Part shown: positions 13,256 through 29,011 of the stretch, piece by piece | Layout: each line of letters opens with the position of its first letter | Numbering within the stretch: the stretch's first letter is position 1 | Assembly: GCF_006345805.1 (NCBI RefSeq) | Contig: NC_043013.1 | Coordinates: 37,076,001-37,140,000 of the forward strand | Direction: 5' to 3' | Length of the DNA stretch: 64,000 nt | Source of the DNA: Octopus sinensis | Lineage: Eukaryota | The notes under the pieces: model-generated | The model's input: the letters and a program-made list of their open reading frames with translations, nothing else | What the model was told of the DNA's origin: nothing | Databases searched by the model: none | Position numbers and translations under genes: made by a program

Positions 13256-13837
13256 AGGTCACTTCACTGAAATGTATGCGTGCTCTATAAAATATTTAAT
13301 ATTAAACAATGCTATACCTGTTTTCTGTATCTTATATAAGCTGCTATAAACTGGACACGTCTTCCGAGGAGTACTGATCACAGTTATGCATTTATTTGCT
13401 GAAAAATGTCCTTAGATGATTTGCCTATAAGGATTAAATGTTTTTACTCCACATAAGCTCAGTCTTCCCAGCAAGCAAACGTTACCTGTATAAGTGCACG
13501 GGGTTCTATACACCATATATGGAAGTGGTCGTAGAACAAAGTCAAATGAAATGCTTTGGACCAGCAGGTTACACACTGCAACGTCCGGAAATCGTAACTA
13601 AGATCACGTGTGTTCGTGACGATAACAAATCTTGCACTCCTCCAGAAGCCACAAGAAAGCATATAAGTATGTATATTTATATACATATATACTGAGTAAT
13701 GGGAAATACAGGAGAATCAGTTAATTATGATTTTATTCCTCTCTAAGATTCACTCATTTAAAGCAGCCATATTTTAGTTTTCCTAAACCATGTAAAAGAA
13801 CTTTCGCGATAGCTATATAGCGAAACATTCCAGCATT

Positions 13838-13891
<54 letters not shown>

Positions 13892-14098
13892 TAGTGTATA
13901 TGTAAGTATGTAAGTATGTATATATATATATATACAAATGACTGCACGTTAACCCGGAGTTTCTACCTTTGAATAGGTCACTACATCCTTGTTACTTGCG
14001 TGAATTTTGCTACCCTGGTAACTGCTTATTGAATTGTTCGTGTTAACTGTAAACAAAGGATCATTCATTCATCCATATATATATATATATATATATAT

Positions 14099-14250
14099 AT
14101 GCAAAAATGGGACAAGAACGCAAAATATTCAGACAGACGATACAAGGAAAACAAGGACGGGTCGTTTGGACTTTTCTATCCTCAGGCGAGTTCCAGATTT
14201 TCTTTGCATTTTCGGCTGGTTATACTCGAGACTGCTCCAATCTGGCTATA
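14099..14250 (-). mobile_element. Interspersed repeat family (same as 5826-5975 and 28500-28860)
   Basis: AAATGGGACAAGAACGCAAAA..CAGACAGACGATACAA is also at 28801-28850. Minus strand CTGAGGA..CAAACGACCCGTC. Confidence 0.55.
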
Positions 14251-14400
14251 TATATATATATATCCTTTTGGGATTTATATGGCACAAAAAGAAAATGACT
14301 CTCCCCAGACACAACAGTTGTATATATATAAATATAGGTGTGTTTGTGTGTTTGTGCATATATGTATATATAAATATATAAATACACTTATATGCCTTAT

Positions 14401-14470
<70 letters not shown>

Positions 14471-14929
14471 GTAGCAAAAAATCCCTAAAAGTATATCTAT
14501 ATTCCTGCTTTTTTTTTTCTGCTAGCTCTTATATTATTCCAATCAATAGACATTTGCATTTCTATATATGTATGCATCCGTGTATCTAGCCATGTATATA
14601 TGTGTCAATGTATCCATGTAGCAATCTAATCTGAATATCTATCTGTCTCACTCTCAGTTAGTCCGTGTGTTAGTCGTTTTGTTTATGTTTACGTGTTTGA
14701 CTCTGTACCTATCTACTTCGGTAAAAATACTTAATTCTCACTCGTTCAGCATTTGTTTTCTCCAACTGGGTGTTTCCCCTCCCACCTATGTCAATGACAC
14801 TCGCTCTTGCTGGGGTCGTTTTTTTTATATATATATTGTCTGTTTCTTTTGTCACTCAAGTGCATATCTATAAATGTATGTAGTTTATACTACATGTATA
14901 TATATATATGTGTATATAACATACCCCCA

Positions 14930-14972
<43 letters not shown>

Positions 14973-15216
14973 TATTATGTATGTATATATATATATATAC
15001 ATATATACACATATACTACATGATATCCGTTATATATATATGCATTAAAAATTTATATATAGATATATACATATATATTTACATATATACTTACATATTT
15101 ATATATGCATTTTTATGTATATGTGTATATACATATGTATATATATATAAAATATATATATATATATACACATATATATGTATATATGTATATGTCTATA
15201 TGTATATATCTATATG

Positions 15217-15268
<52 letters not shown>

Positions 15269-16092
15269 TGTACACAGACACCCGTACGCACACACACATG
15301 CAGAATCACACATTCACATGCATTAATTGCCGTGTTTATGTGTATGCATACATCTCGTATTCCCTTTGATGTCCTTTCTTCCTCTATTGATGTCACCCCT
15401 CTCTTCCTCTCTTACCTTATCTATGTCCTTCATTTCTCCCCTTTATGTATGCACACCTCACACACACACACGCCATATATAAGCATGCGTGTACGCTCCC
15501 GTACAAAACACTCGCACAGACACACGCATACATAAACACACACACACACACACACAAACATACATACATATATATATATATATTATATATATACGTCTGC
15601 TTGTAGCGACCTTTGTGTGCCAAGTCGACATATTTTGTTTAATTCAATTTAATTTATCTATATATTTTTCATGTTTTCTTTTCTTTTGCTTTTGCTCATC
15701 TCTTCTCTATTATTTGTCCCTCTGTGAATACCGTCAGCAGACCTGGTCGAAATGTAGGCGAAGATGTTAGCTGTCAGAGGTGTCTTCAACAAAGGACATG
15801 CGGCAGGAACAGAGAAAAATATAGAAACATATGCAAAACGAATATGGCGATCGTTGAGGAAGAAACTGAAGAGAAGAGAGAGGGAATGTCAGGGAGACAG
15901 AGAGAAAGGAATGGGTGAAGTGAGATATTTAGATACGCATGTAAGGCAAACTGTATAATGGACGAAGGAAATATGTTACGTATTGCATCTATATAGATAA
16001 ATGTGTGCGCGTGTATGATTATGTGTATAAGTGTTTGTCTGTTTGTAAATACATACAGATACATATATATATACATATATGTATGTGTATAA

Positions 16093-16132
<40 letters not shown>

Positions 16133-16400
16133 GCACGTGTGTGTATATGTGCATACACATACATACATGTGCATTTACCTTTGTTTATGAGTACATTCTC
16201 TGTGTTTGGGTATATGTGAGTGTTGAGCGGGTGTTATGTGTATGTGTATGTGTGTATCTGAGTATATGAAAAAGAGCAAAGAGCTGGTTAGCACCATAGA
16301 CAACCAAATTGATAGATAGATGCATAAATTGATAGATAGACCGACAAACATACACGCATATACATAGTTAGACATATATATGTATATATAGAGAGAAAGA

Positions 16401-16448
<48 letters not shown>

Positions 16449-16640
16449 AGAGAGAGAGAGAGAAGAGAGAGAGAGAGAAAGAGAGATTGATATATAGACA
16501 GATAGAGGGTGAGATAAAGAGATAGAGAGAGAGTCATAGATAGATAAAGATGTACACACAGACAAATAGTAAATACAGTGATAGAAAGATAGGTAGATAA
16601 ATAACAGATATATATATAAATAATATATATATAATATATA

Positions 16641-16697
<57 letters not shown>

Positions 16698-16807
16698 TAC
16701 ATAGATAGATAGATAGATTGACATATAGAGATATAGATACAGAGAGATATAGATAAATAGATGAATACATCAAAAATACATACAAACATACATACATACA
16801 TACATAG

Positions 16808-16838
<31 letters not shown>

Positions 16839-17197
16839 CATACATACATACAAACATATATGCATTCATAGTCGCAGAATTGGGGATACAATTGAAATTA
16901 TTAGAGAGGAACATAAATTCCACGCGACAAAATATATTAGGTTGGGTGTCGGGGAAAGAAATATATTGTAAGATGATAAAATAATTTTTTTTATCGGTGG
17001 TGGAGAAGACAAATATCCATGGGTAATGCTGAAGAATAAAAAAATGTAATCTGAATAAAAAATGAATAAATAACTGAAGAAGTGTAGAAAAACAGCATTA
17101 TATAAATGTATGTGTGTGTTGCGTGTGTATATATGTATATATATATATATGTGCGTGTATGTGTGTATATGAATATGTTCATATTTTTGCATACATG

Positions 17198-17229
<32 letters not shown>

Positions 17230-17282
17230 ATATTATTATATCATATTATATTAACATATATATATACCCACACACACACATT

Positions 17283-17324
<42 letters not shown>

Positions 17325-17338
17325 TATCTATGTATGTA

Positions 17339-17379
<41 letters not shown>

Positions 17380-17416
17380 TATTATATGTATATTATATAT
17401 GTGTGTATATATATAC

Positions 17417-17453
<37 letters not shown>

Positions 17454-17709
17454 CGCACATATGGCATGGGTAGCTTTGTATATTAGTATGACGATACGCA
17501 TATAGAGACTCATACAAGCATATGGATTTCTTTATATATTTATTGCCAACTCACACTTGTATGCTTTAATGCAGGTGTGTATAACTGTATACATGTATAG
17601 AGACACGCATAGATACATATATACATGCATATAAACATACATACCTGCATATAATAACAAATATATATATATACATACATATATATGTATTTATACATAT
17701 ATATATTTG

Positions 17710-17749
<40 letters not shown>

Positions 17750-18351
17750 TATACCTATATATATATAGATATATATTATATAATATATATATATATATAT
17801 ACATAATATATTATATATATATATATACATAAATATATACTATATACATGCATGCATGCACACATATGTAGAATATAACCATAGAGTAAAGAAAAAGATA
17901 AAAGACTGATTTGCTACAGAGAGAGAGAGAGACAGAGAGAAAGAGAGACAGAGAGAGAGAGAGACTCAAAACCAAGTGAGAGAAAGCAAGAGAGTGTGTA
18001 CGTGCGAGTACGTGTAAATTTTAGTGGGTGCCTTTGAGATAGTGAGATAGAGAGAGCGATATATATATATATAGAGAGAGGGAGATATAGAGTAGGGGAG
18101 CGATAGAAAGAGAAAAAGGAGATAGAGAGAGTGAAAGTGATAGAGAGAGAGAGAGAGCATGAATGATAGAGGAATATAAAGAGAATGAAGAGAGAGAGAG
18201 AGATATGTAGAAGAGTAAGCAATGGGCAGGGCGGTTTGGCGTGCAATGAAATGGAGAGAATATGGTAATAAAATATAACTGGCAAAAAAAAAAATAATAA
18301 TAATAAAAAATGACAGAACGATGTAGGGAAGATGAAGGTAGCAAAAGAAGA

Positions 18352-18382
<31 letters not shown>

Positions 18383-18999
18383 CAACAACAACAGCAACAA
18401 CAACAAGGAACTAATAGTAACAACGAACACCAAAAACAACAAGAAGCATTAAACGTACAACAACAACAACAGCAACAACAAAAGCTAAGATAATATATAT
18501 ATATATATATAAAAAATAATCGTATAAAACAATAGTAAATAAAAAAAATACAACCGTAAAAATATCACACATTAACATATACAAGTATACGCACTTATAT
18601 TTGTATTGACAGATACACACGTGCCTACTACGTATATAAATACATATACACACACACATATATATATATATACATATATAGATGCATACGTGCATATAAG
18701 TACGTATGTACATATAGAATGATTATAAAAACTTCCTTCGGAAAGGCGACAGATAAAAAGCATGTATTGGGCTGTTGGTTAAGTTGGCTGCCAGCGTGGA
18801 CTTCATCGATTTTAATGGCATTAGGGCACGATGACCTGCAAAAATTGCACTGTCATCAGTGTATTGTCCTTTTACCCTCCCCCCCCGCCATACCTACCTC
18901 CACCACCTCTTTTCGTTATTAGCCAAATTCTTTGAGTCTTGCACTTTTGGACACGGCTGGTCTCACAGTGGCCATTTCCTTTATGCTGATTTCATATCA

Positions 19000-20080
19000 T
19001 GATAGCTTTTTTTTTTTTTCCTTTTTGGCTTACATATATACTTCCTCTACCCCTCCCCCGTCCTCTCTTGCTCTCCCTCTTCCTCAAATTCCACCCTCTT
19101 CCCTTCATCACGTCCAACACTAGCACCTTCACCTCACGCACCACCAGCAGCAGCAGCAACACCACCACCACCATCAACACAACAATAACAACAAAAACAG
19201 CTACAACAACAATGTCCTTCTTCCACCTTCTATTCTTTCATCTATCTTTTTTCTTCTATTTCTTCTTCCTAATGTCTTTTTCGCTTCTCGGATTTTTTCC
19301 CCTCAATCTCTTTTCTTCTCTGTCATTTAAACACTTTACCCCCCAACTCTCTCTATGATTTTTTATCTCTTCCACTCCCCCTCTCTCATTTTTTCTCTCT
19401 CTCTATCTATCTATCTCTCTCACATCCCATCACTTTCTCTCCCATTCTCTTTCTCATCACACTCCCACCTAATCTCCTCCTCTCCTGTGTCTGGTCCTCT
19501 ATATATCATTGAACACCTACCCTCACATTTCGTTTTTCGTTGGTCTTATGAACACTTTTTTTGTGCGTTCACTCTCTCCCCCCTCTCCTCCTCCCTCTCT
19601 CACACACACTCCCCTTCCCTCTCTCTCTCTCTCTGTCAAACCATTCCTGATATATTTATTTTCTTTGTCACTGTAAATTCTTTATGTGTCTCCCATATTT
19701 CCATACTCTCTCGCACTCTATCCTCTCTCTACCCCCATCTCAATTTCTACCTCTCTCACTCAGTACCTCCTCTCTTCTTCACACTCTCTCTCTCAATTTT
19801 CCTATTTCTTTCCCTCAAAATCACACATTTACCCTAGCATTGCTTCCTTTTACTCAAGCACTTTGAATGTGATTTCAATTGTCAATACGCTTCTTTCCTT
19901 CTCTCTGTATTTCATTTTTCTTTTACTTCCTTCTTTTTCTTGCTTCTTTCCTTCTACCTTTCTTCCTATTTACTTTTTTTCTTTTTCTATCTGTCTTTCT
20001 TTCTTCTTGCTTTCTTTCTATCATTTTCTTTTAAATTCTCATTTCTTTCCTCTACACTCTTTTTCGCACCTTCTCTTTAT
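19000..20080. repeat. CT-rich polypyrimidine low-complexity tract
   Basis: Direct reading. Confidence 0.8.
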
Positions 20081-20084
20081 AAGG

Positions 20085-20139
<55 letters not shown>

Positions 20140-20611
20140 GAGAGAGAGAAAGAGAGAGGAGAGGGAGAGATTGATAAATAGATAGAAAAATAAATAGATA
20201 GATAGGTAGGTAGGTAGATAGATAGATAGATATATTCATATCTTTTTTATATCAATATGTCTGTGTATCTGTGTGCGTGTATACCGTTGTCTATTCTATT
20301 TCTATATGTATAACGTATATATGTCTACTTATACATACACGTTTATTTGGGTGCATATGTGTGTACACTAATGGGAGAAAATTTCCATCTATAGATACAT
20401 AGATATTCACAAAAAGAATATGTATCTAAGCCATACAAGACTGACACTGCTTCATTCGTAAAAAAACAAAACAAACATATCTATGTACAAATATACGCTA
20501 ATATAAAAGATTGTGGACAAATTCATAAACGGATAAGAAATATATATATATATATATATATTGGTTGGTCAATAAATATGTGTGTACTTTATAATCATGT
20601 ATGATATATGC

Positions 20612-20735
20612 ATGTGGGTGGCGCATGGCTTAGTGATAAGCGTGTTGTGCTCTTAATTTTAAGATTGTGCTTTCGATTCCTGGACCAGGCGATGCGATGT
20701 TTTGTTAAAAATTGGCAACATTTCACGTTTCTTAT
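20612..20735 (+). mobile_element. Degenerate SINE head (CORE-like head family)
   Basis: GGCGCATGGCTTAGTG...TTCGATTCCTGGACC is similar to the head at 45919. Confidence 0.55.
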
Positions 20736-20746
20736 TTGTGATCAGA

Positions 20747-21047
20747 GGCGCAGGAGTGGGTGTGTGGTAAGTAGCTTGCTTACCAAGCACATGGTCCTGG
20801 GTTCAGTCCCACTACGTGGCACTTTGGGCAAGCCTCACACCGACTAAAGCCTTGTGGTTGGATTTGGTTGGCGGAAACTGAAAGAAACCCCGTCGTATAT
20901 GTATATATTTATGTGTGTGTTTGCGTGTGTTTCTCCCCCCCCCCAACATCCCTGGACAACCGATGCTGGTTACTTTCAAATGTTTGCCCAAGGCCAGCAA
21001 TTTTATGCCCCCGTAACATAGCGATTCGGCAAAAGACCCGATAGAAT
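20747..21047 (+). mobile_element. SINE family A, 3'-truncated
   Basis: GGCGCAGGAGTGGGTGTGTGGTAAGTAGC head and body. Confidence 0.8.
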
Positions 21048-21502
21048 GACGATGACGACGACGACCACCACCACCACCACTAACACTACTACCTCCAGCA
21101 TCAGCAACATCACCACAACCATCACCAACAACAACATCAACACCAGCACTACCACCATCACTAGCATCACAACCATCACCACCAACAACATCAGTACCAC
21201 TACCACCACCACTAGCAACACAACCAGCAACACTACAACCACTATCACCACCACCACCACCACCACCACTAACAACACCACCACCACTGCCACCTCTAAT
21301 ATCAACAAACAGCAGCAACATAGCCTCACCAATGGCATGGCACAATCGCCAGTAACTTCACCTGTACCAGAAACTACATGTCCTCCACAACTCTCTATTT
21401 TACACATTTTCACCAGCAGCCATCAGAATTACGTGATGTGCAAAAAAAAAAAAAAAAAAGTGAAAGAAAGAATCACTAAATCATAACAACTGAGCACCAA
21501 CC

Positions 21503-21734
21503 GGAGCTGGCAAGAAACGTTAGCGCGTCGGACGAAATGCCTACCGGTATTTCGTCTGCCGTTACGTTGTGAGTTCAAATTCCACCGAGGTCGACTTTGC
21601 CTTTCATCCTTTCGGGGTCGATAAATTAAGTACCAGTTCCGCACTGGGGTCGATGTAATCGACTTAATACTTATGTCTGTCCTTGTTTGTTCCCTCTATG
21701 TTTAGCCCCTTGTGGGTAATAAAGAAATAGGTAT
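21503..21734 (+). mobile_element. SINE family E
   Basis: GAGCTGGCA(A)GAAACGTTAGC head and GAGTTCAAATTCC..GACTTTGCCTTTCATCCTTTCGGGGTCGATAAATTAAGTACCAG core, repeated across the window. Confidence 0.8.
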
Positions 21735-21944
21735 TGTTAGCATTTCTGTTTTTGTAATCTAAAAAAGCAAAAAAAAAAAATAAATAAATAAATAAAGCAA
21801 AAACAAAAAGCAAAAATAAATAGCTGCTAACTTCTGGACATTCACCTTTCATACTTGTACACAATGGCCTGCAACAGCGCGATCATTATTATTACCACCA
21901 TTCATGCTATCATCAACATGTTCTGTGTTCAAATTCTATCATGT

Positions 21945-22070
21945 TCGATTTTGCCTTTCATATTTTCGGGGTCGATATAAGTACCAGTTGAACACTGGTG
22001 TCGATGTAATTCACTTACTCCCTCTTCACAAAATTGCTGGCCTTGTGCAAAAATTGGAAAACAATATTAT
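21945..22070 (+). mobile_element. SINE family E fragment with alternative tail
   Basis: TTTGCCTTTCAT..TCGGGGTCGAT..AAGTACCAG core, then AAATTGCTGGCCTTGTGCAAAAATT tail. Confidence 0.65.
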
Positions 22071-23009
22071 GACTACCATGTGAAACACAGCTCCTCCATC
22101 CCCACCATCACCACATCTACCACCACCAACATTACCACCACCACCAAAACCACCAAAACCTCCACCACCGCCACAATCAAATTCACCACCCACCACCAGC
22201 ATAACTACCACCACAACTGCCGCCACAATCACGACGACGACGACGACCACCACCACCACCACCACCGCCGCCGCTGCCACCACAACCGCCGCCAACACCA
22301 CCACCACCTCCACCAAGAAAAACAACTTTAACGGCACTCCACTACCACCACTCTCATTCAAACCACCGCCACCACCGCTATCGCGACTGTCATCATTGAA
22401 ATGCCCACACCACCACCCTTATCGACCGGAAGTTCCATCGAATACCATATCCGCTGGCGTCTACACCGTGACAGAAAAACCAATGATAATGACACAAGAA
22501 TGTGTTAAGCCCCTCCACTACCACCACCACCACCACCACCACTACGACCGCTAACTTCATCTGTTCACCCAATGATATCAAACACCCTCACTGGTTCCTG
22601 CCCACCACACACACAAATCACCTCAAGAGTATACATCTTGCCTACTTACCATCACTCACCCCTTTCATCATACATCACAGGCTCCCCCACCTCCGCCACA
22701 CCTCTTTTACCTGCAATACGTTTCTCGGCCGGAAAAAGAAAAGAATAGAAAAAAATAGGAGTTCTATATAATCCTTGTAACCTTCAACACCTTCGTCGTC
22801 TTTGCCTTCTTTGTATCTTCATCTTCATCATCACCACCACCACCACCACCATCATGATCGTCTTCATCATCATCATCATCATCATCACCACCACCAATAC
22901 CACCATCATCATCATCACTACCACCACCACCATCACCACCACCATCATCATCTTCATCATCATCACCACCACCACCACCACTACCACCACCACCAATCGC
23001 CATCATCAA

Positions 23010-23054
<45 letters not shown>

Positions 23055-24552
23055 CATCGTCTTCATAGTCGTCGTCGTCATCATCATCATCATCATCGTC
23101 TTCATCATCATCGTTGTCCTCGTTGTCGTCGTCGTCTTCCCTCACGTTGTCCTCGTCATCATTATCACCATCGTAGTAGTAGTCGCTATAGTCCCGTGAT
23201 TGCCATCACCACAATCCTAATCATCACCATCATCATCATCTTCAGCAGCAGCAACACCACTGATATAGTCGTCCTCCTCGTACTCCTCCTTCTCCTCCCC
23301 CAACCCTCTCCTCCTGGTCATCCTCGACACCATACTCGCCCATCTGCATCGGCTTCGTCATCTCCGCCATGTAGCTTCGTCATCAATATTGTCAGCATTT
23401 CCTTTTAGCAATGCCTGGGTCGTTCCTCTACCAACCACCCATCCAACCGATCATCCATCCATCCATCCATCCATCCATCCATTTACCCATACGTCCACCC
23501 ATACATTCATCCATCAATCCACCCATCCATCCATTACTCTATCCATCAATCCGTCCCTCTACACTCCACCTTCACCACCACAATCAACGGTAGTTTAATC
23601 GCCTCCACTTTATCAACGATAAGCACCCAAACTGAAACTCATTATTTACCACCGCCATATTTGTTCTTCCTACCCGTACTACATCCCGGCAAACCCAATT
23701 TACTCCATTTTTTTTACTACTCTCCTCAACGAGACGCCACTATGACGTACTACCTCCTTACCACTACAACTGATTCCCAAACCACAATATCTTACTTCTG
23801 ATAAGAAAAGAAATAGAGACAGAGATTTGCACTTAATTTTCGCCATCATCATATCCATCTCCACCATTCAAGCATACCACCATCACCATCACCATCAACA
23901 TCCTTAACTGTATGTCTCCTGCCACGGCTAATTACATGATACTTCTACCATCAACATCATTCCACCAACATCAGGTTCAGCTGTATGAGATACAAATGCC
24001 CTCTACCATTCCTATTACATCAACAACACTCTGTGAACACCACTAACATAACCGACACTACCGCAGTTCACAGTACTACCACTATTAATATCCTCACCAA
24101 AATTGCCACCACCAGTAGTACTACCACCGCTGCAGCAATCACTATCACATTATCTATAACATTGGTAACAACACTATCTCCAACATCATCATTACAGAGT
24201 CACCACCACCGTCACAGATACCACTCCTAATATTTCCGCCGTCGCGGCCTGAACCATAGACGTCTCCACCACAACCACACAATCAGAAAACCAATGAGAA
24301 TTCGAAGCACACCTACATTTGTATACCGCTAATATCATCTGAAAACCCTGCATCAGCAAAAACAGACAGTAAACAAACTTATAATTATAACCTTTAGTAA
24401 CGGTGACCATATCTTCTCTCTGAAATCACTGCTGTACACTGTTGAAGAAATAACAAGACACATATGGAAGTATAGTCCTTTATAATTCCAATGAAGCCGG
24501 AGGTGTCTTGGCTGAAATGCTTTTAACCACAGATTAATGAAAGTTTAACCTA

Positions 24553-24948
24553 GGAGTAGGAGTGGCTGTGTGGTAAGTAGCTTTCTTACGAACCACATGG
24601 TTCCGGGTTCAGTCCCACTGCGTGACACCTTGGGCAAGTGTCTTCTACTAAAGCCTCGGGCCGACCAAAGCCTTGTGAGTAAATTTGGTAGATGGAAACT
24701 GAAAGAAGCCGGTTGTATATAGATGTATATATATATATATATGTGTGTGTGTTTGTCCCCCCAACATCGCTTGACAACCGATGTTGGTGTGTTTACGTCC
24801 CTGTAACTTAGCAGTTCAGCAAAATAGACCGATAGAATAAGTATTAGGCATACAAAGAATTAGTCCTGCGGTCGATTTGCTCGACTAAAGGCGGTGCTCC
24901 AGCATGGCCACAGACAAATTACTGAAACAAGTAAAAGAGTAAGAGAGT
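24553..24948 (+). mobile_element. SINE family A, full length
   Basis: Head, body, internal microsatellite and tail as in 3572-4046. Confidence 0.85.
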
Positions 24949-25637
24949 AAACAGCAACTGGTTACCAAACTATTTAGAAATATCAGCTAATTGTCCTTCA
25001 ATTCCAATTCTAATGTCTTAATTAAGAAAAAGCACAAGTCATATGATATAGCCCTAGACATATTGCTCTATAGATGAAGAGAGCAGGACTGGAGTGCTTC
25101 GGAGATTATCCTGCTGTATAAGAGGAGTTCATCACTGGCTAAAATCACCAGCAGAGTACATTTTTTATATGCTTTTTCACTTAATTTTTAGCACAAACCC
25201 CAATTGTTGCCACGATGGTCAGAGTCTTGACATACAAGAAACCTCACAACCAAGATTGCAACCAACAAGCAAGACCTGCAGCCTGAATTTACAACAGCTG
25301 CTACACTATTGTCTCTCTTCACGTCTCTATCGTATTCCTTACTATTACTCTCTTTCACTCCTCTTCCTCTCCCTTCTTCCCCAGTCTTCATGTAAAACCG
25401 AGTAATATATACAACACTGAAGAGCGCTTTTGGTAGCCGAAACAATTTGCATGACGCAAGGAGAGAGTAAATAGAGTATTTTATTTGCACAAACACACAC
25501 ACACAAACATACCTATAAAGATATATAGCCATTCATACACACAACACTATATACACAAACACAGACACGCACACACACATACGCACATACACATTCACTC
25601 ACACACATTCGCCGACATATTGACATAAAAATATATG

Positions 25638-26087
<450 letters not shown>

Positions 26088-26199
26088 TTACGCACATATA
26101 AGCTCGCACATATTTAGCTCACGCATATAAATATTTAATATATTTGTTTTTCCATATTCTCTTCTAATCTGATCCTCTTCCCAACCATTCGATCTTTCT

Positions 26200-26335
26200 C
26201 TAATTTTTTCCTTTTCTGCAAAGGACCATTCTTTCATTGTCTTCCTCTTTTCTTGACAATCAGTCTTTACTTTTCTCTCATACTTTTTTCTTTTAACCGC
26301 AACTCACCTCCTTCTCTTTTTCTGTCTCTCTGTCG

Positions 26336-26368
<33 letters not shown>

Positions 26369-27380
26369 ACTCTCTCTGTCTTTGTCTCCCTCTCTCTCGC
26401 TCTATCTCTCTGCCTACCAACCTGTCTATCTCTCTGCTTCTGCACATATCTGTCCGAATACTCACCCGTCCTCCTCACCTGACTTACCCATTCTCATACA
26501 TCAATATTTATTCTCTATCATTTTCTTTCTCGGTTACACGCACTCCCTCCATCTCTTACTCCCTCCCCCTGCTCCTGCCTCACTCTCTCCCCCTCTCTCT
26601 CTCTCTCAAATTCTCTTACATTCTAGTAATCGTTATCACTTTCTATTTCTCTTACGTCTATACCCTATCTACCTCTCTCATTCTTATTATTTTGATTACG
26701 CCCTCTCTTTCTCTCTCTCTCTCTCTTTCTCTCTCACTCTCTCTCTTTCCCTCCCTCCCACTCTCTGACTCTCAGTCTTTTTCTGCCACGCTTATTTTCT
26801 TAGTTTCTGTCTCCTTCAACCATTCTCTTTATCATCTCTTCCTACTCCCCATTTCTGCTTAGATATTTCTCCTTCTTTCTCTCTCCTTTCTACCTCTCTC
26901 ACTTTCTTTCTTCTTTCCGCTCTCTCTATCCTCCTCCTTCCTCCTTCCTCTATTTTTCTCTCCTCTTTTCTCTCTCTTCTTTCACCTTCCCTTCTTTATC
27001 TTCCTCTCTCCTTTCTCCTCTCTCTTTCTTTCTCTCCCCTTCCATCTATCTCTCTTCCTATCAGTGTTCCCCCTCTCCCTCTCTTTCTACCACATTATAT
27101 AATTTTGTTTCTCTAACACACTCTCATCTCTTTCCATTCCTCCCTATCTTACATCATCTCTCTCTCTTCTTCATTATATAATCCCTTGTCCTTTTCTCTC
27201 TCGCATTCTCTCTCACAAATTTCTATTCCTCCCCTCTCTCTGTTCCCATACATCTCCCTCATCTCACTCTCTTGATATCACGCGCGCTCTCACGATTTTT
27301 TTTTCTCCACTTAACTCTCCCACTTACTCCCTCACACTCTACCTCTCTCCTCTTATTCCTCTCATTCCTGCCAGCTAGTG
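26200..27380. repeat. CT-rich polypyrimidine low-complexity tract
   Basis: Direct reading. Confidence 0.8.
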
Positions 27381-28412
27381 CGATCATTTGCTTCGGTTCT
27401 ATATTGTTAAACCTGGCCTCTGCCCCTAAATACGTCCATCTAAATCCGAAAACCCACCACTCTGCGCCCGTCCAAGCACATAGACATATCACGCTACACC
27501 TACCAAACCATACACAACCGCCAATCTACATAACCGACATTTCATGGATTTACTGCTTTTCTTCCTAGCATGTCTATCGTCTTATACTCTTCTTATCTAA
27601 CTCATCCTTATTAGTCTTTGTTCCTCTACTCACCATCTTCCGCAGCATCATGCAGGAACTTTTCTGTTTTTTTTCCCCCTTGTCAACCATACATGCATTT
27701 ATGCAAAAACACCTCGCATTCTCAGTCTCCACCTTTTGCATATTCTCATTCACTTTTTGTCCTTCCTCCTCTTACTATATATTTCTGTATCTCTGCCTCT
27801 CTAATCCCTCTCGTTCATATATTTACTTCTCCACCACATCTCTCGCTTCCTCTGTCTCATTCTATCTTTCTCACCCATTCACATGTAAAGCAGATAAGAA
27901 GCTTGACTCAAATATATACATATCTACAAACACACCGACACACACATGCATATACACACACAACCACACACACACACACACAACCACACACACACACACA
28001 CATACACACACATATGTACCTACAAACTTGTACATATACCCACGTTTTTGTAAATGAGATATATATGTATATACATCTGTATTTGTGAATGCATTTGCGT
28101 TTGAAGATGTTACTCTACACCGAATTATTTGTGTATGGTGTGTGTGTGCATGTGTATATGATGGACTCTACTGTGCAAGATGACATGGGAGGGGGTCATC
28201 CCTTTTGGTGGGTGACCTGCACAAACGATTTGTTTAGAGAAAGCAAATGTATGTTCTGTGCAATAGCTCGCTCTTTATATTAGTTGTGAAGTTGTTCGCA
28301 GAGGTGAACTGTTTTGTTCAAGAAAACAACACACCACCTACTCTGGGAATTTGAAACCACGAACTTGCGTGTAACACCCTAAATACCAGGCCATACGTCC
28401 TCAGGTATATAC

Positions 28413-28492
<80 letters not shown>

Positions 28493-28499
28493 TATAGGA

Positions 28500-28740
28500 A
28501 TAAAATTTATATATAAATAAACAAGAACGTGAAATACACAAAGGGACGAACACAGAAAACAGACGGGTCATTCGAAGCCTTTAATCTTCAGTCAGAAACC
28601 GGATCATCATAGCAAATTTCGGCTGATTAATTCTGATATTTGCTCCAACGCGGCCAGCCCCAAGGAAAAACTAAGCTTTGAGCATTAGATCTCTTGGAAA
28701 AAGGAACGAATGTAAACGCAACAGAGACGAATATAAATAC

Positions 28741-28796
<56 letters not shown>

Positions 28797-28860
28797 CAAA
28801 AATGGGACAAGAACGCAAAACATCCAGACAGACGATACAAAGAAAACAAGGAGGGGTCGG
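28500..28860 (-). mobile_element. Interspersed repeat family, partial tandem of two units
   Basis: Minus strand CTGAAGA-TTAAAGGCTTC-GAAT-GACCCGTC. A second partial unit at 28795-28860 matches 14099-14160. Confidence 0.55.
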
Positions 28861-29011
28861 GGGTTTAGTTCGCAGGTGATCTAAACGATTTGGTACGCGA
28901 GGTAAGTACTGTAGCAGATTATTAGGGCTCCAAAGTTATAGCCGAGTTGGTACGTATTGAGCCATTGCAGATTTTTGATGCAGCGGATAATTGCTAAAGA
29001 GCACAACAAAA

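Larger units (their letters stand above)
21048..24230. repeat. Compound trinucleotide low-complexity region (CAC/CAT/CAA/CGA/CCAT), interrupted by SINEs
   Basis: Direct reading. Source of the poly-T/H/V/M ORFs. Confidence 0.8.

Noticed and set aside
13438-13695. Non-repetitive ORF-like stretch; the minus frame contains LRFPDVAVCNL, resembling the DEG/ENaC FPAVT.CN motif
   Set aside because: An in-frame stop lies immediately upstream, the acceptor is weak, and similarity does not continue.
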